A DNA stretch of 64,000 nt from Mobula hypostoma (Eukaryota). This document shows, piece after piece, positions 38,766 to 52,090 of this stretch. Position 1 is the first letter of the stretch. Each line of letters begins with the position of its first letter. Below the pieces are notes generated by a model. It was given only the letters and a program-made list of their open reading frames with translations, made no database searches and was not told the origin of the DNA. Where the stretch lies: contig NC_086109.1 of assembly GCF_963921235.1 (NCBI RefSeq), positions 3,660,001 through 3,724,000 of the forward strand. Reading direction: 5' to 3'. The position numbers and the translations under genes were made by a program.

Positions 38766-39613
38766 AAGACTGATCTCCGTCCGGGCTCTACCGCCCACAG
38801 AGGCAGCAGCTCAGTTTCCCACCCACTGTCCACACGGACCCATCCTTTATATTGTCCACCCATTCTCTGAAGAGGTGAACAGTGCGATTTTCAGGCCACT
38901 GAATAAATAAGACAAAGTATATTGCTTGTCAAGAAAAAAGATGTTTCTTTACTCCTGTGTACTTTCTGTGCTGTTCTACATTCTGTGTTCCTGAGAATGA
39001 AATGAAACAGCTTCACTATTTCTGTAATCATCAAATAAGTGCAAATTTTCTATTGGTCATACTTGCATGACAGTGTTCCTTGATACAAATGACCCCGGTG
39101 TCTGATTCATAATTTATAAATAATTTGCTTGTGAGGTTTATTTTTACAGCGTCAGAATATAATGGGAGTTTTCATTAGCTCCTCATTACGCCGCCCCTTT
39201 CATGACTATGTGTCCTGCTCCGGCTCCAGGGGCCGTCAATCTGTCAGCGCCAGGGTTTACGAGACTCGGCATTCAAACAAAGGGTCTGAATGGGATGCGC
39301 AAATGTCAGAAGAGTAAATCACCGACTCCCGAATCAGGAGTTTGCTGACACAACAGTCTGGAATCTATTGTTCTACAGTCCCGGCGTGGTGTTTAAAAGC
39401 CACTTTGTTATCAGTAGTGTTGGTGTTCCTGCATTTATCCGGTGACAACATGGTAATCATGCACTTATTGCAAAGTAAAATTGCTTCTCATTTCAGTAAG
39501 TATCTGTGTATTCAATTAAAGCAACCTGGTGGAGTCTGAAATTACTCTGACACCACTTGGGACTGGGAATTATTCATCTGCCTGTTCAAAACGGAGCCTT
39601 GACATTCTTTGAG

Positions 39614-40227
39614 CAACACACATCAAAGTTGCTGGTGAACGCAGCAGGCCAGGCAGTATCTCTAGAAAGAGGTACAGTCGACATTTCGGGACGAGACCCT
39701 TCGTCAGGACTAACTGAAGTGAAGAGCTAGTAAGAGATTTGAAAGTGGGAGGGGGAGGGGGAGGGGAGATTGAAAATGATAGGAGAAGACAGGAGGGGGA
39801 GGGATGGAGCCAAGAGCTGGACAGGTGATTGGCAAAGGGGATATGAGAGAATCATGGGACAGGAGGCCCAGGGAGAAGGAAGGGTGGGGGGAAGACCCAG
39901 AGGATGGGCAAGGGGTATAGTCAGAGGGACAGAGGAAGAAAAAGGAGAGAGAGAGAAAGAATGTGTGTATATAAATAAATAATGGATGGGGTACGAGGAG
40001 GAGGTGGGGCATTAGCGGAAGTTTTGGAAGTCAATGTTCATGCCATCAGGTTGGAGGCTACCCAGACGGAATATAAGGTGTTGTTCCTCCAACCTGAGTG
40101 TGGCTTCATCTTTACAGTAGAGGAGGCCGTGGATAGACTTATCAGAATGGGAATGGGATGTGGAATTTTGATGTGTGTGGCTTGAATTTCCAGCATCTGC
40201 AGAATTCCTTGTGTTTACGTTTTTAGA
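39614..40227 (-). mobile_element. Young Penelope-like insertion with a 16-bp target-site duplication and an inverted terminal segment
   Basis: cttgacattctttgag at 39598-39613 and 40228-40243; 40166-40216 is an inverted piece of the terminal repeat. Confidence 0.9.
39676..39711 (-). ncRNA. Minimal type I hammerhead ribozyme motif (PLE-associated)
   Basis: Minus strand agtc-CTGACGA-a-ggg-tctcgt-ccc-GAAA-t-GTC-gact; core intact, loop 3 palindrome broken by a C>T change. Confidence 0.72.
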
Positions 40228-43200
40228 CTTGACATTCTTTGAGTCAGTTGGTGTGCTAGCCGAAAGGACGTTCTCTTTTAGTGTTTAAATACTTGGCAAT
40301 GCCAGAGTTATAGTCACACAGGCCTCTTGCTCCAACGGGTCTATGTACACTAAGATGCCACATCCAAGCTAGCCTCCCATGTCAGCATTTGGCCCACAAC
40401 TCGCTAAACCTTTCCAATTCATGTCCCCTGTCCAACTGTCTTTAATTGTTGTTAATGTACCTGTCCCAATCGCTTCCTATAGCAGCTCGTTCCACAATAA
40501 CACCATTGCCCCTCAGATTCCTCAAATCTTTCCCCCCTTGCCTCATACTGAAGGAGACTGTCTCAGAGAAGGGGATTATAGAAATGCATGGGCTGAGACA
40601 AAGGAGAGACAGTGGCCATGGTGAGGGCTCAGGAAGACTGAGCATGAGACAACTGTGGGCTGCTCCTCTCCTCACAATGATCAAAGTTCATCTTTGGCCT
40701 CAGTGCCATGCTCCTGGAGAACCCCATGTCCCTCGATTGGCTCAATGTTTAAAAGCCCACCGAGTATACTCAGTGACTGATCCTCTCCAGCCCTGTCAGG
40801 TTCAAAGGATGTATCCATATACAACTCTGAAATCTGTCTTCTCCAGGTAGCCACAAAACAAAGAAAGAACATGAAATTTGTTCAGAGACAAACATCAAAC
40901 CCAACCCCCCCAACACAAAAAAAGAATCATATCTCGATCAACAACCCCCAACACCCCACACACCCCACGCAAAACAGAACAGGAACATCAACCCCCAAAA
41001 ACAACCCCTCCCCGCACATAAAAACTAACAGAACACCAACCCACAAACACCTTCCCCTCGCACAACAAAACGGAACAGTAACAGGCGATAGAAACATAGA
41101 ATATAAGAACCATAAATCTGAAAAAGTCCATAGTCCATAAATGCAATAGTCCAGTCCAGAAACGCAGAAACATAATACGATGTCACATAATATGATGTCA
41201 CTGTCGTTCATTGAAAGAGAGAGACACCATATGAGCTCTTTCTCTGGGAGCGATCAAAAGGAAGGCTTTCGGCCTGGATCACTCACTCGCCTTCAGCATT
41301 CAGCTCAATGTCTCAATCTTCCTTGATGTTTTAATCAGCGATTAGTGGACATTTTAACCAGTGAAATGGAGTCAAACATCGGCTCACACCGTATCCTGAA
41401 GTTTCTTCGCATTGAGGCTATCTGAGTACATGCTCGCTTCCCAGAATCTTCTCGGAGATAGCTAAGTGCTGGATAACTCAAACCATCTTCAAACTGTAAA
41501 TCACAGGTTATAACCATCCCAGGATCACATTTAAGATGAGAAGCAGAAGTAAAAATGACATTTTTGTGAGCTGTCTGGAAGACGTTGACCAAGGGAACAT
41601 TGTATGTTGGCATCACCGTGTAGTGAATTCTAAAGGAACCCAGATGACCCAAGTAGGGTTGATCAGGCCCTGCCTGTGTTTTCCCCATGGACCAAGATAT
41701 GAAAGATGTGTCACTTTGAGGGTAGAGAATTCTAAAGATCCAACACACCCCTGGGGATGATGAGTCTGGGTGGTTTGTGAAAGAGGGATTTCCTCCCCCA
41801 CACACCTTGCAAATAGTTGGCTTGCCCTCCAGTGCACTTCCTCCACCCACCTTCCAGCCTTATTCCCGAAGTGCCTCCCGAGTGCCCCCACAGGTCATTC
41901 CTGCAGGCACACAACACTGGGGGAGGCAAGTGTGTTGGGAACACTACGATTCCCAAACCCATTCTAAAAGCAGTTAATTCAACCTCCTGCAGCTGGAAAG
42001 GAAGTTATTCCCAGAGCTTCCCTTAGATTCCTTATTCCAGGAGCAGTGAGTGCTCTTGGATAGTCATTCCAAACTGTACAGAACTCCAGACTTGGATGCA
42101 TTTATTTAAGGAAACTGCAAGCACTCACACACCGTCGTTTGGTGGTAAAGAGGGTTGGATGATGGTTTACAACTATAAAGATAAAGAGTGACTTCATTTG
42201 TCACACTTTCATGCAGTGAAATGTGTCGTTTACATCGATGACCAGTCCAAATATGTGCTGGGGGCAGCCCGCAAGTGTCACCACACGTCCGGCGGCAACA
42301 TAGCATGCCGACAACTCACTAACCCTGACCTGTACATCTTTGGATTGTGGGAGAAAACCAGATCACCCAGTGGGAATTCACATGTTCGCTATCCCAATTG
42401 AACAGCGTTCATATTTTTTTTAAAAATCAGGACTTGCTGGTTTTTAATGTAGAAACAAGTATTTGAATCTTGGGCTGGTGTTCAGTTCCAGATGATAGCT
42501 TGAAGAGTGAGGGAGGTACAAGAGGTTTCTTGTTTTCCGTGTCGGAGCAGGTGGTGAATGTATAATTTGTTAGATGACAGAATGTTACAGTACTCTGCTA
42601 AGACTTAAAGTGAAGCCCGAGCAGCTGTCCCTGGACCTCGATGGTTCATGCAGAATGAATTAGTGGGAAGGAGCCAAGGCTGGTTGGATTTGAGCTCCAC
42701 AGAATTCCCTCCGGGCCCAGAGAACGTGAAGGAGTCAGCGATGGAGGAGAATCCCTGGTGAAGAGCCTCATATTAAAAACAGGAACAGTAACTCTAGCCG
42801 TCTGCACTGAAAGGAAGGTCAATGCACGGTCACCATTAACCATTTATGTTCTTCCACCAAGCCGATGAAGTCTACCTGCCCTTTTAAAGTGAAGCATAGA
42901 GCATGCGGGAGCTGATCTTCATAGCTCCCGATGGTTCATATAGAAGACAACTATGCAGTTTGGCTCTGAAGTTCATTTTCATAGTTGACACCAAAGGTTT
43001 TGTTACAGATTCAGATCTATGGAAACATGCAGTGAAATGCAACCAACGCAACCTCAGGATGTGCTGTGGGCAGCCTACAAGTGTGGCCACACATTCCAGC
43101 ACCTACACGGTATGCCTACTACATTGTTAAGCAGAATGACACAGGGCACAACAAGCAACAAGACAACAGCAGCAACACAAACCACTTTCCTCTCTCCCAC

Positions 43201-44049
43201 CCACCCACCCATACAAATGGATAGTCCTCCAACTCTAGAACAGACCTCCGACTCCAGAACAGACCTCCGACTCCAGGACAGGCCTTCAACTGCAGGATAG
43301 GCCTCCAGTCTCTTGACTTCCGGACTCCCAAATGACCTATGGGAGCTGGTCTTCGGTATTGATCCCTTGCGTAGCTAATGGTGGGACCCCAAACTCCAGG
43401 CTCGCTGACTGACTGAACCTTGTGCCTTCTGCTTACTCAGACATCTGATCCCGGAACCCACTAACCCGGAACGGCTCACATCCATGAATGTCTTTTGTAA
43501 CCCATCCTTATCACGTCTGTTCTGTTTTCTACTTATGTACCTGGAGGCAGTAGAGGGCTAGTGAGTACAAAGGCCAAGAAAGGGAAGAGAGACATGGCTC
43601 TTCGACTACTCCAGGTGAAATCAGAGCTCCCTTCCAAGAGCGGTGAGTTCATTGCTGCTAATTTGTTAGCGATGGGAGGACAGCAAACCATTGTGATCGT
43701 CCACATGTCCTGTGTCCATGGAGCAAATGGTGATGGAGAAGTTTGTCAGCACACTGACCTCCCCCTGAACCGTCTGACCTTGCTGACATAGCAAACGCTT
43801 CTTCCAAAAAGCTTCATGACATCCATCTTTCTGAAGCAGGCAAGACCAATCCTTCCGGAGAATGTCCATTTCCTGCTCTCACTGGGTCCCTTGTTGTTTC
43901 CCGTCAACCATGAGGCTCTTGAACCAGACAGAAAAACTTCACTCAAGTTCACTCACTCCATCACTGAACTGTTCACATAACCTGTGGATTTCATCTCATG
44001 TTCTTGATATTTATTGCTTATTTATTTATCATTATTATTATTATTTCAG

Positions 44050-44438
44050 GCAGGTGGGGCTCGCCAGCCTGGGACGGCAGCCCCAGTAGGGGAAGGGAAA
44101 CTCTGATTTTAAACCTCCGCTTCCTTGCGGCCGTACCCACCCATGGGAAAGGCTTCGGGAGTAAACCCCGAGGAAGAAATCCGGCCCGGGATCCCTAAGG
44201 CAGTTTGATGTTGTTTACAACTTCACTCTGGCAACCTCTGCGACGACACTGGTGCCAAGCTGTATCGGCGCTTGCTCTTCCCTTGGACTACATTAGTGAC
44301 GTGGAGAGGGGGAACCCGCTGTATGGGTAACAGCCGGTTCTTCAAATCTTCCTGCCCAGGCTTGCGCCCTGGAGAGGACACAGTCCACCAGAAGCACAAA
44401 CCCATGATCCCCTGGGATCGACGGCTGCCGATGATGAT
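44050..44438 (+). mobile_element. Short CpG-rich retroelement, probably RTE-related, inserted into a Rex-type 3' UTR
   Basis: agtaggggaagggaaactctgattttaaacc resembles RTE 5' UTR motifs; ends gatgatgat; the host UTR is continuous on both sides. Confidence 0.5.
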
Positions 44439-44832
44439 ACTTTCTTTTTGTATTTGCACAGTTTATTGTGTTTTACATACTGGTTCTACACCCAGATGGT
44501 GTAATCTTTCACTGATCCTATTATGGTTATTGGATTTATTTAGTATCCTCTCGAGAAAATGAATCTCAGGGTTGTGTATGGTAACATAAATGTACTTTGA
44601 TAATAAATTTACTTTGAACATGAACTTAGCGTAAATGTTGAGCTGTCCGACCTACGTTCTCCCTCCCTACCTGCCACCTAAACTCCGCCTGCCACTGCAT
44701 CTGGCCGGTGGAATTGTTTAACACAGCCAGGAAACTTCCAGAATCTGCCTGGTTTGTGGTTGTCAGAGCAGGAATGTGCCTGGTTCACGATCGTCTCCTG
44801 AGTCGGCTCTTTTATGGGTTGTCCTTCAGGTT

Positions 44833-44869
44833 GTTGCTAGGGTGAAAGTTCAGCAGTCGCCATGGCAAC
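44833..44869. promoter_or_regulatory. Pair of RFX X-box-like motifs (candidate intronic enhancer)
   Basis: GTCGCCATGGCAAC (44856-44869) is 13/14 to the RFX palindrome GTTGCCATGGCAAC; GTTGCTAGGGTGAA lies at 44833-44846; non-repetitive context. Confidence 0.5.
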
Positions 44870-45374
44870 TACCAATTTAAAGGTGCTTAAAACTGAGATT
44901 TCATTGTGGTAACCTTGTGCATAATTGATAATCTAGCAAATTGCTGAAGTATCTTTGGCCTGCCAGACTGCGACTGTTTATATAAAATTATCTTTTACAA
45001 GGAAAGTCTGGTTCTGCTTAAAAACCTTGGAAAAGGGCTGCCCGGGGGAGGAGAGATATTTCAGTGGGAAGCGTGTGATGTTTATGGTGATGATTATAAC
45101 GATATCATTTCCCCAGTGACGGATTTCAGATGAACTCTTTGCCTACAGTGATGCACATTAACATCTCCAAAGCTGAGATTATTTATTTTGTAATACAGAA
45201 TGCATGAAAGGGAACGGATTCTGTCAATATTATAACCTTTCACCTCAGGCATGTACTGTTATTGCTGCTCTAGTGTTTCTCCTGGTGAGAGATTTTATAT
45301 GTAAGTGGCATCTGTGTAAGATATGGTATATTAAATAGCACATGTGTCTGAGTATTGTTGTGCTTGTGTACCAG

Positions 45375-45455
45375 TGCATGTGTGTGTGCACATATACATA
45401 TGTGAATACGTGCATTGATGTATACGAGCGTGTGCTGATACGCCTAACCATGTTA

Positions 45456-45489
<34 letters not shown>

Positions 45490-45590
45490 ATGTTTATGTG
45501 CATGTATGGTGATATGTATGTGTGCATGCTTTGTGTGCATGTGTGTGTGTGTGTGTGTGTGTGGATGTGTGTGAGTCTGAGTGTGAGTGT
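45375..45590 (+). repeat. Compound (TG)n microsatellite
   Basis: TG runs at 45457-45487 and 45540-45562. Confidence 0.9.
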
Positions 45591-46429
45591 GAATACCCTG
45601 AGAACCAGGACCTTTAACCCGGAAACGTTCCCGCTTGTAGTAGTTAAATATTCCAGTCCCCTGTCGTTGGTCCTGTTGGAGCTGAGGTAAGAGATTGATA
45701 GTCAGTCTCAGAAAGCTCTGCGCTGTGATGGATAATGCTGACAATTGCAAGCAATTACATTGTAAAGTCCCTGCTGTTTAAAAAAATGATTTTTCTTCCT
45801 TCTCTGAGTAAGTGTTCGTTGCTGCTTCGTGTTTTGCCGTTCATTGGAATTGTTGCTTGCCACTGTGATTGAGGAGGGTTTACAAACTCCTGCCTCTTCC
45901 TCAACAAGCCTAGCTCTTCCATCGTCCTTCTGACTTTCACCCTCTGCGGGTTCCTGTCGCCCTGATATAGTCACCGAGAAATTACACCCAAATAGAAGAA
46001 TTCAATCCTTGTAATGAAAACATCAACCTCTAGAACGTAATTAATTATTTAGAGAGTCTTGCAGGGAACTATGCATGATTGATAAAACAATACTAAAGTA
46101 TTTCCCATTTAGTTCAGTGTGTGACTTCTAAAGTATCAGCTGCTGATAGATTTTATTTGGTAATGTTATATTCCATCCATAGACTGTGATACACAATACT
46201 CCGCATGTCTAATCCCTGGAGCACGAAACTGGCTTTTCAACTCTTGAATTCTCCATGCTGACTGAAATGTTTGAACTGACTTTGAAATGTTGACTGTTCC
46301 CTTCTGAGGGGCCAAAAATGTTTTTAAATAGTCGGCTTTGGAGATGCTTAGTGTCAGAGTCAGTGTCCCTCCGATTCTGTCCTTCTGGATATTTCGGCTG
46401 TTTCTTGATGTGGAAAATATAGCACGGCT

Positions 46430-49400
46430 CACGGTACGATACGTTGTCCAGGGTCAGTACAGTGCTCAGTGCCAATACAGTACAACAGGCAGTGCCAAAA
46501 TACCCGTACAACAGCGTCAGCACAGCGTGCAGGGTCAGTAGTGCACAGTGTCAGCATAGTATGCAGCTTCTGTACACAGGATACCAGTACAGCGTGCAAC
46601 TTCAGGTACAGTGCATGGCACACAGGACATTGTGCAGTGTCAGTACAGTGCACAGTGGCAGTATAGTACACAGTGTCTGTACAGTACACAGTGCCAGTAC
46701 AGTGCACAATGGCAGTACAGTACAGTGTCTATACAGTGCACAGTGTCTGTACAGTGGCAGTACCGTGCACAGTGTCTGTACAGTACAGTGTCAGTACAGT
46801 GCAGTGTCTGTACAGTGCACAGTGGCAGTACAGCACACAGTGTCTATATAGTACACAGTGTCTGTACAGTGGCAGTACAGTGCACAGTGGCAGTAAAGTA
46901 CACAGTGCCAGTACAGTGCACAGTGGCAGAACAGTACACAGTGACAGTACAGTAAACAGTGTCTGTACGGTACACAGTATCAGTACATCGCACAGTGGCA
47001 GTACAGCGCACAGTGGCAGTACAGTACACAGTGTCTGTACAGCGCACAGTGTCTATACAGAGGCAGTCCAGTGCACAGTGGCAGTATAGTACACTGTGTC
47101 TGTACAGTGCACAGTGGCAGTACAGTGCACAGTGTCTGTACAGTACACAGTGTCAGTACAGTGCAGTGTCTTTACAGTGCACAGTGTCAAGCAGCTCACC
47201 GTGTCAGTACAGTACACAGTGCCTGTACAGTACACAATGTCAGTACAGTGCAGTGTCTGTACAGTACACAGTGTCAGTAGAGTACACAGTGTCTGTACAG
47301 CGCACAGTGGCAGTACAGTACACAGTCTGTACAGTGCAGTACACAGTGTCAGTACAGTACAGCACACAGTGTCTGTACAGTACACAGTGCCAGTACAGCA
47401 CACAGTGTCAGTACAGTAGTGTCTGTACAGTAGACAGTGTCAGTACAGTACACAGTGGCTGTACAGTACAGTGTCTGTACAGTACACTGTCAGTACAGGA
47501 CAGTGGCTGTACAGTACACAGTGTCAGCACAATACATAGTGTCAGTACAGGACACAGTGGCTGTACAGTACAGTCAGTACAACACACAGTGTCTCTGCAG
47601 TGCACAGTGTCTGTACAGCGCACAGTGGCATTGTAGTACACAGTGTCAGTACAGTACAGTGTCTGTACAGTACACAGTGCCAGTACAGCACAGTGTCAGT
47701 ACAGTACAGTGTCTGTACAGTACACAGTGGCTGTACAGTACAGTGTCAGTACAGTACACAGTGGCTGTACAGTACAGTGTCAGTACAGTACACAGTGGCT
47801 GTACAGTACAGTGTCTGTACAGTACACAGTGTCAGCACAATACATAGTGTCAGTACAGTACACAGTGGTTGTACAATACACAGTGTCTACAGTACACAGT
47901 GTCAAACAGCGCAAAGTGAGAGTACAACACACAGTGTCTCTGCAGTGCACAGTGCCAGTACAGTGCACAATGTCAAATAGCTCACCGTGTCAGTACAGTG
48001 CACAGTGTCAGTACAGTGCAGTGTCAGTACAGTACACTGTGGCTGTACAGCACAGTGTCTGTACAGCGCACAGTGGCAGTACAGCGCAGTGTCAGTACAG
48101 TACACAGTGTCGGTACAATGCAGTTTCAGTTCAGTGTCTGTACAGTGCACAGTGTCAGTACAATACACAGTGCCTGTGCAGTATACAGCGTCAGTACAGT
48201 GCAGTGCCTGTACAGTGTCGGTGCAGTGCACAGTGCCAGTACAGTGCACAGTGTCTGTACAGTACACAGTGTCAGTACAGGACACAGTGTCAAACAGCTC
48301 ACCGTGTCAGTACAGTCCACAGTGTCAATCAGCTCACCGTGTCAGTACAGTACACAGTGTCTGTACAGTGCAGAGTAGCAGTACAGTTCACAGTGTTTGT
48401 AAAGTACACAGTGTCAGTACAGTGCACAGTGCCTGTACAGTACACAGTGTCAGCCCAGTGCACAGTGGCAAACAGCTCACCATGTCGGTACAGTGCACAG
48501 TGTCTGTACAGTACACAGTGTCAGTACAGTGTCAGTACAGCGCACAGTGTCAGTACAGCACACAGTGGCAGTGCAATACACAGCATCAGTACAGTGCACA
48601 GTGTCTGTACAATGCACAGTGTCTGTACAGCGCACAGTTGAAGTGCAGTACACAGTGTCAGTACAGTACAGTGTCTGTACAGTAGACAGTGTCAGTACAG
48701 TACACACTGGCTGTACAGTACAGTGTCAGTGCAGGGCAGTGGCTGTACAGTACACAGTGTCTACAGTACACAGTGGCTGTACAGTACCATCTCTGTACAG
48801 TACACAGTGTCAGTACAGGACACAGTGGCTGTACAGTAGAGTGTTTACAGTACAGTGTCAGTACAGTACACAGTGTCAAACAGCGCACAGTGTCAGTACA
48901 GTGCATAGTGTCTGTACAGTGCACAGTGTCAGTACAGTGCACAATGTCAAATAACTCACTGTGTCAGTACAGTACACAGTGTTTGTACAGCACACAGTGC
49001 CAGTACAGTACACTATGTCAGTACAGTGCACAATGTCAAATAACTCACCATGTCAGTACAGTCCACAGTGTCAATCAGCTCACCGTGTCAGCACAGTACA
49101 CAGTGTCTGCAGAGCGCAGTGTCTCTACAGTACACAGTGTCAGTACAGTGCAGAGTAGCAGTACAGGTCACAGTGTTTGTACAGTACACAGTGTCAGTAC
49201 AGTGCACAGTGCATGTACAGTACACAGTGTCAGTCCAGTGCACAGTGGCGAACAGCTCACCATGTCAGTACAGTGCACAGTGTCTGTACAGTACACAGTG
49301 TCAGTACAGTGCACAGTGTCAGTACAGCACACAGTGGCAGTGCAATACACAGCGTCAGTACAGTGTACAGTGTCTGTACAGCGCACAGTTGAAGTGCAGT

Positions 49401-52090
49401 ACACAGTGTCTGTACAGCTCAGTGTCAGTACAGTACAGTGTCTGTACAGTAGACAGTGTCAGTACAGTACACAGTGGCTGTACAATACAGTGTCAGTGCA
49501 GGGCAGTGGCTGTACAGTACACAGTGTCTACAGTACACAGTGGCTGTACAGTACCATCTCTGTACAGTACACAGTGTCAGTACAGGACACAGTGGCTGTA
49601 CAGTAGACAGTGTCAGCACAGTACACAGTGTCTGTAGAGCGCAGTGTCTGTACAGTACACAGTGTCAGTACAGTGCAGAGTAGCAGTACAGTTCACAATG
49701 TTTGTACAGTACACAGTGTCAGTACAGTGCACAGTGCCTGTACAGTACACAGTGTCAGTCCAGTGCACAGTGCCTGTACAGTGCACAGTGTCAGTACAGT
49801 GTCAGTAGAGTGCACAGTGTCAGCACAGCACACAGTGGCAGTGCAGTACACAGCGTCAGTACGGCGCACAGTGTCTGTACAGCGCACAGTTGAAGTGCAG
49901 TACACAGTGTCAGTACAGTAGTGTCTGTACAGCGCACAGTGGCTGTACAGTACAGTGTCAGTACAGGGCAGTGGCTGTACAGTACACAGTGTCTACAGTA
50001 CACAGTGTCAGTACAGGACACAGTGGCTGTACAGTACCATCTCTGTACAGTACACAGTGTCAGTACAGTACACAGTGTCTGTACAGGACTCAGTGTTAGT
50101 ACAGGACACAGTGTCTGTAGAGCACACAGTGCCTGTACAGTACACAGTGTCAGTCCAGTGCACAGTGGCAAACAGCTCACCATGTCAGTACAGTCCATAG
50201 TGTCAATCAGCTCACCGTGTCAGCACAGTACACTGTGTCTGTAGAGCGCAGTGTCTGTACAGTACACAGTGTCAGTACAGTGCAGAGTAGCAGTACAGTT
50301 CACAGTGTTTGTACAGTACACAGTGTCAGTACAGTGCACAGTGTCTGTACAGTACACAGCGTCAGTACAGTGTCAGTACAGCGCACAGTGTCAGTACAGC
50401 ACACAGTGGCAGTGCAGTACACAGCATCAGTACAGTGCACAGTGTCTGTACAGTGCACAGTGTCAGTACAGCGCACAGTGCCAGTACAGCACACAGTGGC
50501 AGTGCAGTACACAGCGTCAGTACAGCGCACGGTGTCTGTACAATGCACAGTGTCTGTACAGTGCACAGTTGAAGTGCAGTACACAGTGTCTGTACAGCGC
50601 ACAGTGTCAGTACAGTACAGTACAGTGTCTGTACAGTAGACAGTGTCAGTACAGTACACAGTGGCTGTACAGTACAGTGTCAGTGCAGGGCAGTGGCTGT
50701 ACAGTACACAGTGGCTGTACAGTACCATCTCTGTACAGTACACAGTGTCAGTACAGGACACAGTGGCTGTACAGTAGAGTGTTTACAGTACAGTGTCAGT
50801 ACAGTACACAGTGTCAAACAGCGCACAGTGTCAGTACAGTGCACAGTGCCAGTACAGTGCACAATGTCAAATAACTCACCGTGTCAGTACAGTACACAGT
50901 GTTTGTACAGCACACAGTGCCAGTACAGTACACTATGTCAGTACAGTGCACAATGTCAAATAACTCACCATGTCAGTACAGTCCACAGTGTCAATCAGCT
51001 CACCGTGTCAGCACAGTACACAGTGTCAGTACAGTGCAGAGTAGCAGTACAGTTCACAGTGTTTGTACAGTACACAGTGTCAGTACAGTGCACAGTGCCT
51101 GTACAGTACACAGTGTCAGTCCAGTGCACAGTGGTGAACAGCTCACCATGTCAGTACAGTGCACAGTGTCAGTACAGTGTCAGTAGAGTGCACAGTGTCA
51201 GTACAGCGCACAGTGTCAGCACAGCACACAGTGGCAGTGCAGTACACAGCGTCAGTACAGCGCACAGTGTCTGTACAGCGCACAGTTGAAGTGCAGTACA
51301 CAGTGTCAGTACAGTAGTGTCTGTACAGCGCACAGTGGCTGTACAGTACAGTGTCAGTACAGGGCAGTGGCTGTACAGTACACAGTGTCTACAGTACACA
51401 GTGTCAGTACAGGACACAGCGTCAGTACAGGACTCAGTGTTAGTACAGGACACAGTGTCAGTACAGTACACAGTGTCAGTACAGGACACAGTGTCTGTAG
51501 AGTGCACAGTGCCTGTACAGTACACAGTGTCAGTCCAGTGCACAGTGGCAAACAGCTCACCATGTCAGCACAGTCCACAGTGTCAATCAGTTCACCGTGT
51601 CAGTACAGTTCACCGTGTCTGTAGAGCGCAGTGTCTGTACAGTACACAGTGTCAGTACAGTGCAGAGTAGCAGTACAGTTCACAGTGTCTGTACAGTACA
51701 CAGTGTCAGTACAGTGCAGAGTAGCAGTACAGTTCACAGTGTTTGTACAGCACACAGTGCCAGTACAGTACACAGTGCCAGTACAGTGCACTATGTCAGT
51801 ACAGTACACATTGTCTGTACAGTACACGTTGTCTGTACAGTACACATTGTCTGTACAGTACACAGTGTCTGTACAGCACACAGTGCCAGTACAGTACACA
51901 GTATCAGTACAGTACACAGTGTCAGTGCAGGACACAGTGTCTGTACAGTGCACAGTGTCAGTACAGTCCACAGTGTCAAACAGCTCACCGTGTCGGTACA
52001 GTACACAGTGTCTGTACAGTACACAGTATCAATACAGTACACTGTTTGTACAATACACAGTACATTGTGCCGTGTTAGTACAGTAAACAG
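46430..52090 (+). repeat. About 5.6-kb complex satellite built from CAGTA/CACAG/CAGTGT/CTGTA words
   Basis: Basic unit about 18-23 bp (cagtacagtacacagtgt); rare landmark variants recur at about 750-780 bp and 1920 bp spacing. Confidence 0.97.

Noticed and set aside
41335..41850. 171-aa minus ORF
   Set aside because: Partly overlaps a non-coding repeat body, with no domain signature or splice support.
43561..43620. RDMAL motif as the preceding plexin exon (RDMAFS)
   Set aside because: Surrounding residues do not match the sema domain and no suitable splice sites flank it.
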